A stretch of 33,675 nucleotides of DNA, from positions 1-33,675 of IMG/VR virus record IMGVR_UViG_3300017911_000597, one strand, 5' to 3'. The translations under genes and the position numbers were made by a program. Positions 16,675 to 25,901 of this stretch are shown here, in pieces. Numbering within the stretch: position 1 is the stretch's first letter; the number at the start of each line of letters is the position of its first letter. The notes below the pieces were generated by a model that was given only the letters and a program-made list of their open reading frames with translations, was not told where the DNA came from and did not search any database. The DNA is from a virus (taxonomy: Duplodnaviria; Caudoviricetes).

Positions 16675-17689
16675 TTGTATCTCCGATTTCCTTGTAAAGG
16701 TCGCTATATTTAACGCGTCTGTATCCGTCTGATCCGACTTCAACTAGGTGTGGGTAAATTTCCTCAACTTCTTGGGCGATAACACCGTATGAACGCCCCT
16801 TCAGACCCTTACTCTGGGCATCCTTATTCCAAGTCCAGCTATAGAACTTAACACCGTTTCGCGTATCTTCGTGAACAATGTCATCCTTCAACCGAACGTC
16901 AGATAGGAACGACATGCCATACATTAAGTTACCAGCTCCCGACATCAATGCGCCTGCATTACCCATAGGATCGCGCGTAGTTGAGCTTCCGGTTGTAGTG
17001 CCAATACCAGCAGGGAAAGATGCCGATCCACCAGTAAGCGCAGAAAACTGCGTCAGTGGGAACTGTTGTTCCATTAGGTAGGCTTCGTATGCTTTGTTTA
17101 GCGTGTCCTGATCTACGCCACGAGCCGTTGCGCCTGCGCCCATCTGAGCACCTAGTCGCTGCAAGTCTGCAGCTTGACGACCTTGCGCCGCGCCCATCAT
17201 ACCTTGGGCTGCGCCTAATCTAGAAGCATCGCGTCGCTGCAACTCTTGTGACGCAAGGTTGAAAGCGTTTGCCTCCAACGCAGCTTGGCGCTCACCTTCG
17301 TAAACGTCTCTGCGATCACCAAATGCGCCTGCCTTAATTGCTTGCGCCTCTTGGCCAACGCCTTGCTGCGCAAATTTACGATTTAACATCGGCGCCATTT
17401 GCTCTTGGATTTCGCCAATGCGCATCATCCGCTCTTGTGGCGTTCGCTGAGCTACACCTGAGTAGATATCGGATGCTGCTTGGTACTCTGATGGAAGAGA
17501 CAGTCCGCCATAACCTGCGACCGCTTGGCTTTCTAAGTCAGATAAACCCGCGACACGTTCACCCTCGTAAGGCGTAAACTCCATACTTCCGATACGCTCA
17601 GCGGCAGGCATAATATACTGGCTGAGATACTGGCTTTGCATCGGGTCCATTGTTGTTGTCGATGTTGAAGTGCCGCCACTGCTACCCAT
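16661..17689 (-). CDS. DNA ejection/pilot protein with C-terminal Peptidase_S74 intramolecular chaperone domain
   Basis: MGSSGGTSTST start, GAFG..R motif, C-terminal SDVRLKDDI...[12 protein letters not shown]...DGY..V.Y. Confidence 0.75.
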   Translation of the reverse strand: MGSSGGTSTSTTTMDPMQSQYLSQYIMPAAERIGSMEFTPYEGERVAGLSDLESQAVAGYGGLSLPSEYQAASDIYSGVAQRTPQERMMRIGEIQEQMAPMLNRKFAQQGVGQEAQAIKAGAFGDRRDVYEGERQAALEANAFNLASQELQRRDASRLGAAQGMMGAAQGRQAADLQRLGAQMGAGATARGVDQDTLNKAYEAYLMEQQFPLTQFSALTGGSASFPAGIGTTTGSSTTRDPMGNAGALMSGAGNLMYGMSFLSDVRLKDDIVHEDTRNGVKFYSWTWNKDAQSKGLKGRSYGVIAQEVEEIYPHLVEVGSDGYRRVKYSDLYKEIGDTNVIV

Positions 17690-17691
17690 CT

Positions 17692-18138
17692 TTAAAACTC
17701 CATTTCATAGTGCCGATATTTCTCGACAAAACCGTGTTGCTTAGCAAACTTCGCAAATCCAAGGCGACCGTCCGCCTCAATCCCAGATAGCTCACCCTGC
17801 TTTGCAACTTCTTTTAACATATTTAACGCCGCGTTCATCCAAATCTTCATATCAGCACCGCCCATATATTCGATAAAGAGAGTGTGCCTTTGAGGGTGCT
17901 TCATGACGCATGTAGTAAATGCGGCAATCAACGTGTCCTGCAAGTGAACAGTCCATAAAAGACTGCCACCCCCCAGCAAGTCCGAAACAACATCCTCCAT
18001 AGAGACGTTTCTTTCGTTCTTCCGTATTGATGCTTCCAATAAAGGCAGTGCTCTTTCGACTTCCGACTGCACATTGTCTATTGCTGGCGTCACACGGATC
18101 GTGGGCTTTGGATTGAAGTTTACAACATTATCGCTCAA
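17692..18138 (-). CDS. virion morphogenesis protein (possible GNAT-like fold, P22 gp14 position)
   Basis: L.I.YMGG...W, IEADGR.GF...GF pattern and gene position. Confidence 0.5.
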   Translation of the reverse strand: MSDNVVNFNPKPTIRVTPAIDNVQSEVERALPLLEASIRKNERNVSMEDVVSDLLGGGSLLWTVHLQDTLIAAFTTCVMKHPQRHTLFIEYMGGADMKIWMNAALNMLKEVAKQGELSGIEADGRLGFAKFAKQHGFVEKYRHYEMEF

Positions 18139-18147
18139 ACTGAAACC

Positions 18148-18804
18148 CTAACCATGTAAGCGCGTTATGTGGACAGTCGAAGCTGGTGCTGCGGGTGAAA
18201 ACGCTGTCGCCCCCTGCGCGTCTAGCCGTCCACTTGTGCTAGACGTTGCCCACATGACCTGCAAGTAGTCGCCAGCCGTTACATTAAATTTTGCGCTGCG
18301 TGATGCGACAAATGTTGCCCCGTTGTTATGCAGTGAGTTTATCATAGTATTATTTGGGGCGTCTGTACCATTTAATCGGGGCCAAAAATAAAAGGTTACC
18401 GTGCTTCCTGATGACGATGCGATCTGCGCAGAAAACATAATTAAGTATTGGCCTGCCTCGTCAAATACGATTTTAGTCGGGTCTGTCCCGTCCAGCGAAA
18501 TACTCTTATTCCCAGTTGGCGCATCATACTGGATCGCATAAGCGGTATTAGAAGAGGCCGCTGTCACGTCAGTTGTGCGATAGAGCGAGCAATGCCCATC
18601 TTCCAAGACAACCTGCACGAACTCGCCGTTTTTAGACACCACAGGATAACCGTTTGTGTCATCCCAAAGTAGAACGCCATTTTCTGCTGGGCTGTCTTCG
18701 TCTGTTTTAAAAAAGATGCGGCCTAAGTTGCGCCGCAAAAAGAGATTGAGGTTACGTCCCCACTCTCTTACATCTTCGCCAATGATCGGTGGGATCGCAG
18801 GCAT
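18148..18804 (-). CDS. tail needle/knob-like protein with C1q/TNF-like beta domain
   Basis: Follows the gp10-like gene. KIVFDEAGQYLIMFSAQ...AGDYLQVMW beta-sandwich pattern. Confidence 0.55.
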   Translation of the reverse strand: MPAIPPIIGEDVREWGRNLNLFLRRNLGRIFFKTDEDSPAENGVLLWDDTNGYPVVSKNGEFVQVVLEDGHCSLYRTTDVTAASSNTAYAIQYDAPTGNKSISLDGTDPTKIVFDEAGQYLIMFSAQIASSSGSTVTFYFWPRLNGTDAPNNTMINSLHNNGATFVASRSAKFNVTAGDYLQVMWATSSTSGRLDAQGATAFSPAAPASTVHITRLHG

Positions 18805-21494
18805 TAACGAGTCCCTCCGGCTATTGTGTTTAATCGCATAATTCCAACACGCCAGTCGACAGCCTGATCTTGCTCAACGCGCATACGGAATTGCCGCCCG
18901 CTAAATCTCAGTGACGTCGGATTTGTTGGGTCAAATGGCCCGTAACTACGATCAGCTTCGTTGGGGTGGAAGCGCGTCTTAAAGGTCATCTGAACATCGC
19001 CTTGCGTTTTCTCATCAGGGATAACGCTGTTTACTTTTACGATCTGCTCTCCCGCTCCTAGAGCTATTGGGCCAGTTTCTGCAAAGACTGTAGAGCCGTC
19101 GTAGTTGTGACCAATTTCGTGATCCATTAAATCTGTGGACTCTGTTAGTTTGTTGGCCATGATAGGATATGCAAAGACACCACGCGAAATTCCTGCTGTT
19201 CTGGATAGCTCTCCAACAAGCCAATGACGTTCCATGAAGTCATAAGCAACATACCGGTCACATTCTGTGGCAGAGTTGCTTGGATAAAACCACCACACTT
19301 CCTGATGTGATCCGTTTACCATACCCCAAACCTTAGACTGCTGGGACGTGTTGAAGTCACCAAACACGTAGTCATGAACGTCACAAGGTAAAACACTTAC
19401 AGTATTACCATCGTAAACAAAAAAGTTTTCTTGGCCGTACCAGAAAACCCCTCTGTCAGTGGAAACCGCAGACTTTCGTGACACCGCGCCACAGTGTGTG
19501 CCAACTCTACTAAATTGATAAATGTAGGGCGGACCTACATATGTGGCAGAATGACAGTCTGTATCAGTTATAATCAGTGTATTGCCGCGCCCCTGCGCAG
19601 CACACATAATTTGTCCACTTGTTTGTAGTACTTGCGATCCAGCTTGGTTTGTCGTTGACGGCGTCCAAGTATCGCGATCCTCAAAGTCACACCAAGAAAT
19701 CTGCTTTGGGTTATTTGACGATCCTAGCGCAAAGATAAAACGCTCCTCAGTGACATGCACGCCAAGGTTATTTATAGGCGCATTGTCTACTGGCTCAGCG
19801 ACCGTGTAGAAGCGCAAAGAAATGTCGTCGATATCAAAGTTTGGAGTGTCATATGCATTTGGCACGATTTCAATTTTGACTTCAGTATCGTCAGCGCCGA
19901 AGCGGAAACGGTTTGTACCAACACTTAGCTTTTGGTCGACAAGAACTGTCGTGCTGGTCGTCCCCGTCACCTTGACGTTAACGTCTGGGACTGTTGTCGC
20001 GTCGCTGTCGTCATCAGGGTCAATCAGCGTGACGATGACGTCGTGCGTGTCTTGCTTGTCTGGTGTTGCCACTAAGCCAGAAACGGTCTGTTCAAGAACA
20101 CCAAAGTTTACGCGCGCCAGCTCGTGGCCTGCGCCGTGATCCACGGTAAATGAATGCGTTGAGCCAATGTCCTGACGGAATACATGTGCTGCGCCAACGC
20201 CAACCGCAGTGATGGTCACTGCCGCGCCGCCAGATGTTACTGACAACTGAAACTCTGTGGCTGATGCGTTAATAATGTAATAATCCGTTCCATCGACCAA
20301 GCCGCCAATGTCCGTACCGCCGCCATTACTATAAGTAACAATTTCACCGTCGCTAAACGTGTTGGCTGTAATGATCTTGTCGTTAACCGTGTCAACTACG
20401 GCAACATCTGTACTGTCGATCGTGACCTGATTATTGGCTGTCAAATCTATTGCAGCGCCGCCAGAGGTGAGCGATAGCTGAAACTCAGACGCAGTCGCCG
20501 CGATGATGTAGTAGTTAGCACCGTCGGTAAGCCCGCCGATATCTACGTCGCCGCCGTTGCTATACGTCACATAGTCGCCAGTAGTGAATGTATTTGTGTC
20601 GACAATTTTATCATTTGCAACATCAACAACAGTCGCGTCATCGCCATCAAACGTCAATGCGTTCTGCGTCAGATCGATTGCAGCGCCGCCAGAGGTTGCC
20701 GCAAGCTGGATCGTGTTGGCCGTTGACCCTACGACAAAATAATTAGTCGCAGTCGCAAGACCACCCACAGCCGTTGCAGGCGCGGCAGGCGCCGTGTAGG
20801 TCACCTCGTCTCCGTCGCTAAATCCGTGTGCTGTGATCGTGATTGTGTCAGTGGAGTAGTCTATCTCTGCCACGTCGTCGGCATCAAACGTCTTAATGTT
20901 TTGCTGGTATTCTGCAACGCCACCTGAGATTGACCAGTTTACACCTTTAGTCCAATCAGTGTCTGTGGCGAAGTCACCTGTCACGACTAACTCGGAGCCG
21001 ATTGTAGTCGTTAAATCCCACTCCCATATGGTTCCGTCATCCACGCTGCACGCAATCATTACTTCGCCAAAATTGGTTATATCCCAAGTTGTCGCAGGCA
21101 AGGGGATAGTGTCATCTTCTGTCGCGATAGGAACACCGAACAGGCCGACGCCAAACCTACCATTACCATATCCAGTGCCTGCCGCTCCATCTTCTCGACC
21201 CGCGACTAAATCATCAGGAGTTATGTCGTAAATATCGCCGCCACCGTTTATGGTTTTCAACTCTCTATATGAGCCACACGCCATCCACGCCGTGTTGTCA
21301 TTAGCTTGCCATGAGTGCATTCCACGGACAGTTGAAGACGTCACACTATCAACACGCTGACGCCACCCGCCAATCGGACGTAATGATCCGTCTAGCCAGC
21401 GGACTAAACTACCGTCAATCCACTTGTTACTTTCTTCAAGGTCGGTGCCATTTCCATGGAAGCCCGCGGGTATGTCTAAAGGTACTAATGTCAT
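18804..21494 (-). CDS. tail hub / packaged-DNA stabilization protein (P22 gp10-like) with a ~400-aa insertion
   Basis: Beta-propeller-like motifs (W.....VRW....LRPIGGW, ISWCD.ED...W.P..TNQAG, EVWWFYPS...CDRYV.YD, RFSGRQFRMRVE), plus podovirus gene order. Confidence 0.75.
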   Translation of the reverse strand: MTLVPLDIPAGFHGNGTDLEESNKWIDGSLVRWLDGSLRPIGGWRQRVDSVTSSTVRGMHSWQANDNTAWMACGSYRELKTINGGGDIYDITPDDLVAGREDGAAGTGYGNGRFGVGLFGVPIATEDDTIPLPATTWDITNFGEVMIACSVDDGTIWEWDLTTTIGSELVVTGDFATDTDWTKGVNWSISGGVAEYQQNIKTFDADDVAEIDYSTDTITITAHGFSDGDEVTYTAPAAPATAVGGLATATNYFVVGSTANTIQLAATSGGAAIDLTQNALTFDGDDATVVDVANDKIVDTNTFTTGDYVTYSNGGDVDIGGLTDGANYYIIAATASEFQLSLTSGGAAIDLTANNQVTIDSTDVAVVDTVNDKIITANTFSDGEIVTYSNGGGTDIGGLVDGTDYYIINASATEFQLSVTSGGAAVTITAVGVGAAHVFRQDIGSTHSFTVDHGAGHELARVNFGVLEQTVSGLVATPDKQDTHDVIVTLIDPDDDSDATTVPDVNVKVTGTTSTTVLVDQKLSVGTNRFRFGADDTEVKIEIVPNAYDTPNFDIDDISLRFYTVAEPVDNAPINNLGVHVTEERFIFALGSSNNPKQISWCDFEDRDTWTPSTTNQAGSQVLQTSGQIMCAAQGRGNTLIITDTDCHSATYVGPPYIYQFSRVGTHCGAVSRKSAVSTDRGVFWYGQENFFVYDGNTVSVLPCDVHDYVFGDFNTSQQSKVWGMVNGSHQEVWWFYPSNSATECDRYVAYDFMERHWLVGELSRTAGISRGVFAYPIMANKLTESTDLMDHEIGHNYDGSTVFAETGPIALGAGEQIVKVNSVIPDEKTQGDVQMTFKTRFHPNEADRSYGPFDPTNPTSLRFSGRQFRMRVEQDQAVDWRVGIMRLNTIAGGTR

Positions 21495-21910
21495 GGCGTT
21501 ACATACCCACTCATATCTTGTACTGTCGGCTCTTCGACAACCTCAGTCCCTAGCTGATCCCAGTTCACGTCTACAAAAACGCTATTCACCTTTAACAGTC
21601 TTGCATAAGTTGTCCTGACTTCATTCACTTTGCTTGACACTTCCTCGGCGGATAACCCTACTGCAAATTCACCTGTAACATCCGTGGCAAAAGAATACGT
21701 TTTACTAGCATCTAAGTTTAATATGCTCGCGTCACTAAGCTGCTCAGCAGGCATCTGCCAGCTTCCGTCAGAGTTTTGCGTGACTTCCTTAACGGCACAC
21801 CAATCTGTGGGGTTATTATCCAATCTACTTTTTTGTGACGATACAGCATTATTCAACTCTTGCTGCGTCTGATACTCTCTATCACAGTATACAAAAGGTA
21901 TTGTCGGCAT
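21491..21910 (-). CDS. hypothetical protein (adhesin partner)
   Basis: ORF coupled downstream of the Gly-rich adhesin gene. Confidence 0.6.
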   Translation of the reverse strand: MPTIPFVYCDREYQTQQELNNAVSSQKSRLDNNPTDWCAVKEVTQNSDGSWQMPAEQLSDASILNLDASKTYSFATDVTGEFAVGLSAEEVSSKVNEVRTTYARLLKVNSVFVDVNWDQLGTEVVEEPTVQDMSGYVTP

Positions 21911-22869
21911 CACGATGCTCCATACATAGTGCCAGAGTTAGTAAGAGTATAACTTTGCGATGTGCTTACCGCCTTACCTGCCGCACCACCATAAGTAGCG
22001 TTACCACCCTTGGCTCCCCATCCACCGCCACCATGAGCATAGCCTAAACCTGACGCTTGCGCTACATCCCCTGCTTGGTTTGGACCGCCGCCTGAACCAC
22101 CAAAGTAACTATTTGGCCCAGCGGAAACACCGTTAGGATAAGTCGTAGAGCCCGGAAGTATACGGCCACCGCCGCCTGCTCCACCACCCGTATAAGGGTT
22201 CTGTGTGTAACCACCACCAGTACCACCAGCAGTACCCCCATTACCAGCATTAGCGCCTGAGCCGTTAGCGCCGCTTGCGTTCACAACGCCACCAGTACCA
22301 CCAGCGGGGCTATTGATTGGGCCAACAGAACCATTACCCCCACCTGCGCCACCGCCACCTGCAGTACCTGCGCCACCACCGCCACCTCCTGCGATGTAAG
22401 CGCCAGATTTATTTGTAATAGTTACGCCAGTAGCCGTAATAGATATGGCATGCCCCGCAGCATAAGCTGTCCTACTTCCCGCAGAGCCAGAACCGCCATT
22501 CCCACCTTTGCCAATAACTTTTCCGTTATTTATAATAGTGCAAGCAATATCCACCAACATGGCTGGGTTTGATGTGTTGTCAGAGAAAATCCACCAATCA
22601 GAAGGAATTTCAAATATTTCTCCTGAGCTAATATAGTCAGAGATAGTAATTTCTTGCAGCGTTTTCTGACCGTTTATCATCGTAGGCGTTACTTCATCTT
22701 CTAAATTGTAGATATTACTGGCACCGTAAAAGTCTTTAATGCCTATAACGCCGCTAGATGGAATGCCAGTAGCCGCATCATAATACTCTTTTAGCCCATG
22801 AGGCGCGGTGCCGCCAAACTCAGCGGCAATCTCTTTTAGCGTAATCTTACCAGAACTTTGTAAGGCCAT
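21910..22869 (-). CDS. glycine-rich tail-fibre tip adhesin (T-even gp38-like organisation)
   Basis: MALQSSG..I....EFGG...L.EYY...IPSSG.I...DFYG anchor; IINNG.VIGKGGNGG, IAGGGGGG, GGWG, GAAGKAV polyglycine motifs. Confidence 0.7.
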   Translation of the reverse strand: MALQSSGKITLKEIAAEFGGTAPHGLKEYYDAATGIPSSGVIGIKDFYGASNIYNLEDEVTPTMINGQKTLQEITISDYISSGEIFEIPSDWWIFSDNTSNPAMLVDIACTIINNGKVIGKGGNGGSGSAGSRTAYAAGHAISITATGVTITNKSGAYIAGGGGGGAGTAGGGGAGGGNGSVGPINSPAGGTGGVVNASGANGSGANAGNGGTAGGTGGGYTQNPYTGGGAGGGGRILPGSTTYPNGVSAGPNSYFGGSGGGPNQAGDVAQASGLGYAHGGGGWGAKGGNATYGGAAGKAVSTSQSYTLTNSGTMYGAS

Positions 22870-23285
22870 TAGAATGCCTCTGCTTGAACATCATCATTCG
22901 CTTTTAGTGTACCAGTGCTTGTTAGTTTAAATTGAACGGCGCCATCGTAGCTAAAGTGCAGCTCTGTGCCTGATTGAGTAATTGTCCAATCGCCTAAATC
23001 AACCGTTGTGGCAACTAATGTTGTCGCCGCAACTTCACCTGCATCGCCATAAATAACTGCCTTATTATTAACTACTGTCTCAGCAACTGATCCATCTAGT
23101 AAATTTAATTCTTCCGCTGTTGAGGTTACATCTGTCCCATTAATCGTAAGGGTACTTAAATCTGGCGAGATAGTTCCAGATGTCCCATTAACGGCGCCCA
23201 CCACAGTGTCTAGCGCATTGTTAATGGTTGTACCCCATGTATTGTTGGAGCCGTTCACGGTTGGTTTTGTTATTGTAATAGCCAT
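22869..23285 (-). CDS. short tail fibre protein
   Basis: KPTV.GS..TWGT.IN N-terminal anchor, TSTAEELNLLDG fibre motif. Confidence 0.65.
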   Translation of the reverse strand: MAITITKPTVNGSNNTWGTTINNALDTVVGAVNGTSGTISPDLSTLTINGTDVTSTAEELNLLDGSVAETVVNNKAVIYGDAGEVAATTLVATTVDLGDWTITQSGTELHFSYDGAVQFKLTSTGTLKANDDVQAEAF

Positions 23286-23316
23286 GTTTCAATCCTTTGT
23301 TATGCACGATAGCATG

Positions 23317-23928
23317 TTAGGCAACTTCCGTCCATATTTCAGGCGGCACGTAAGGACTGAAGAACCCACGAAACTTTAAGTCGTATCCCGTTACCGTATA
23401 AGAGCCACTGTCTATAATAAACAAACGTTGAACAGTGAAATCTGCATCTCGACCTGTTATGCTAAACGTACCTTCGTCAAACGCTTCGCTAATGCCTTTG
23501 AGAATGTTCTGCCCTGTGACAGTAAACGACCCATTAAGGGCGTTCATTGATATGCCTATGTTTATGTCTTGCTCAGTGAGCGTGTACGATGCGCTATCAG
23601 CGACAATGCCAAACCCAGTATCAAAGACTAAGGTTTGACCCGTTAGCGTGTAACTGCCGCTATCGACAACAATACCAAAACCATAGTCAAGTCCAACATC
23701 CTGACCACTTACTGTGAACGACCCTGCATCCACTTGAAACGGTCGCTGCGCTGAAAGAGTCACAGCTTGACCATTTACTGTAAATGTGCCGCTTGGATAA
23801 ATGTCGGTGATTAGCTTAGCTGCGCCTTGCATACTTAGCGCGTAAGTCCCGTTCGTGACGGACATTACATAGGGCACACCTCTGGCGTCACCTAGTGGTA
23901 GTGCTGCAACTGCGCTTAATCCTAACAT
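23317..23928 (-). CDS. tail-associated protein with repeated beta motifs
   Basis: About 7 repeats of (D/N).GS(F/Y)T(L/V)TGQD. Confidence 0.6.
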   Translation of the reverse strand: MLGLSAVAALPLGDARGVPYVMSVTNGTYALSMQGAAKLITDIYPSGTFTVNGQAVTLSAQRPFQVDAGSFTVSGQDVGLDYGFGIVVDSGSYTLTGQTLVFDTGFGIVADSASYTLTEQDINIGISMNALNGSFTVTGQNILKGISEAFDEGTFSITGRDADFTVQRLFIIDSGSYTVTGYDLKFRGFFSPYVPPEIWTEVA

Positions 23929-23946
23929 TTTAATTTACCTTATTAA

Positions 23947-24336
23947 CTAGGTGCTGTATTGTACCCATCCTGCTGTATTATCAGCCTGATATGCGCTTTC
24001 ATCCCATTCATATATGATAGGCGGGTCAGCCGCTGGGTCTTCATCATCAGGCCGTGGAATAGGTGGCTCCCATGCCCATTTCGATGTGTTCAGCGTCCAT
24101 GACGCATGAGGTTGCGGCGGGTAAAATACATCATTTGTTTCGTCGTATATGTACCCAATACCCGCATAGTTTCCTCGCAACGGCGTGCCGCCCAATAAAT
24201 GCGTGTTTTCATGTGTGTTATAACTGGTTTGAACCCATGTCGCCGCACTATCGTCATCAAAGGTGTCGAAAAAATCGGCTTCCGCTACGATTACTTGCAC
24301 GACCTTTCCGTCTAAAACTTTCGCATAATGACCCAT
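23947..24336 (-). CDS. conserved protein accompanying Gly-rich adhesins (possible tail-fibre assembly factor)
   Basis: MGHYAKV...WVQTSYNT...RGNYAGIGY.YD...D.FYPPQP..SW.L.....WEPPIPRP pattern. Confidence 0.65.
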   Translation of the reverse strand: MGHYAKVLDGKVVQVIVAEADFFDTFDDDSAATWVQTSYNTHENTHLLGGTPLRGNYAGIGYIYDETNDVFYPPQPHASWTLNTSKWAWEPPIPRPDDEDPAADPPIIYEWDESAYQADNTAGWVQYST

Positions 24337-24346
24337 TTCTTCACCT

Positions 24347-24979
24347 TCATAATGCCTTGATATGCAAAAAATTAGAGATGCAATATCTACCATATCCGTC
24401 CAATGCATCTTCGGACATCGACAGTTCAGTAACTTGATGCCAAGCTATTGATGGGAATACTACCACACGATTGCTCTTGCATTCAATCTTTGCGTCATGC
24501 TCTATAATAAGATCGCCGCCACTGAATGATTTTGGCTCGCGATACAGCCAACACAAAAAGGTTGCGACTGCCGCATCTTTGTGCGCGTCATACTTGTCAC
24601 TATTTTCATAATACAGCATTTGCAAACTATCGAATGCGCCTAATTCTGGGTCAATATACCTCAAGAACCAAGCCTGTTCTTTCATAGGGTCAAGTAATTC
24701 GCTTTCGAAATATTGTCGCGTGATACGATAAATTGGTGAAAGATTTGGGCTATGATAAAACTCATGGTGCATGATGCCCATGTTCTTCTTTATATACTCA
24801 CCGTCATTATCTTTTGCCCCATAAGTGTCATCTGGTGTGCGAAAGCTTTTTCTCATAAAGTCTAGTTCATCTAACATTTCATGAACTTCATTTTGGTTGA
24901 AAAAGTTGTCCATTACAAAGAATGGTAACCCATTTTTTGTGTGTTTTAACTTTATTTCGCGGAATCTATCATGCTTCAT
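24347..24979 (-). CDS. 2OG-Fe(II) oxygenase (prolyl-hydroxylase-like)
   Basis: HKD...FSGGDL...NRVVVFPS..WHQV...RY: HxD/H facial triad plus the 2OG-binding Arg. Confidence 0.88.
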   Translation of the reverse strand: MKHDRFREIKLKHTKNGLPFFVMDNFFNQNEVHEMLDELDFMRKSFRTPDDTYGAKDNDGEYIKKNMGIMHHEFYHSPNLSPIYRITRQYFESELLDPMKEQAWFLRYIDPELGAFDSLQMLYYENSDKYDAHKDAAVATFLCWLYREPKSFSGGDLIIEHDAKIECKSNRVVVFPSIAWHQVTELSMSEDALDGYGRYCISNFLHIKAL

Positions 24980-25901
24980 ATCTAATAATCACAATCCCTG
25001 AGCCGCCACTTGCTTTCGTTGTTAGTCCATATTGGCCGCCGCCACCGCCGCCCGTATTGGCTGTAGCATTTGACGATCCAGCACCTCCACCGCCAGATTG
25101 CGCCGCTGTAGATGACGACGAACCACCTGTGCCTCCAGACGCATAATATCCACTGTCGCCCGATGACGTTGCACTTGCCCATGTGCTAAATGCATTAGAA
25201 CCAGCACCACCCGTACCACCGGTCGTGGTGTTTGGCCCTGTTGAACCTGATGAACCCTTGCCGCCGCCGCCACCTGAGCGACCTGAATTGTACGGGCCAC
25301 CACTTGCGCCCGCATTCCCTTGGCCCGATGTCCCGCTGCCGCCAGACCGCCCATATCCCGAACCGCCGCCGCCTGAACCACCAGAAACGCCATTCGTTTG
25401 GGTGTATGTCCCCCCGCCGCCGCCACCGATTGCGGTGTTACCAAATGCGCTTGAATTACTGCCATTTGCGCCAGAGGTATACCCGTTATTATCGCCAGCA
25501 CCCCCTGCGCCGACAACTATGCTGTAATTTTGCGCTGAGACCGTTGCCGTACCACTAAACATCCCTCCAGCACCGCCACCGCCGCCATAATATCCGCGAC
25601 CACCAGCCGCACCGCCAGCGATGATTAGCCAATCAACATCACCTTCACTTGATACGGCAAAGGTGCCTGATGACGTAAATTTGTGATATGTATAGCCGCC
25701 TGACGTATAAACGCTTCCACCTGTAGCACTAACACCAGCAGATGCACCATAGTACTCTGAGAAAGAGTTTTGCGCACCAGATGTTTTGCCGATCATATCA
25801 CGGATGTCTGCGTCATTAAGAGATGCCTGAGTGCCGCTAGAACCACCTGCCTCAACGTGAATTTCGTTCAACGATATTGCGCCACTACTTTGTAGAGCCA
25901 T
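24969..25901 (-). CDS. glycine-rich tail-fibre tip adhesin (second)
   Basis: [11 protein letters not shown] anchor; ATGG.....[40 protein letters not shown]. Confidence 0.75.
   Translation of the reverse strand: MALQSSGAISLNEIHVEAGGSSGTQASLNDADIRDMIGKTSGAQNSFSEYYGASAGVSATGGSVYTSGGYTYHKFTSSGTFAVSSEGDVDWLIIAGGAAGGRGYYGGGGGAGGMFSGTATVSAQNYSIVVGAGGAGDNNGYTSGANGSNSSAFGNTAIGGGGGGTYTQTNGVSGGSGGGGSGYGRSGGSGTSGQGNAGASGGPYNSGRSGGGGGKGSSGSTGPNTTTGGTGGAGSNAFSTWASATSSGDSGYYASGGTGGSSSSTAAQSGGGGAGSSNATANTGGGGGGQYGLTTKASGGSGIVIIRYEA

Noticed and set aside
21910-25901. Diversity-generating retroelement or invertible shufflon acting on the two adhesins
   Set aside because: No reverse transcriptase or invertase and no long near-identical template or inverted repeats were seen. 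Similarity is limited to the N-terminal codons
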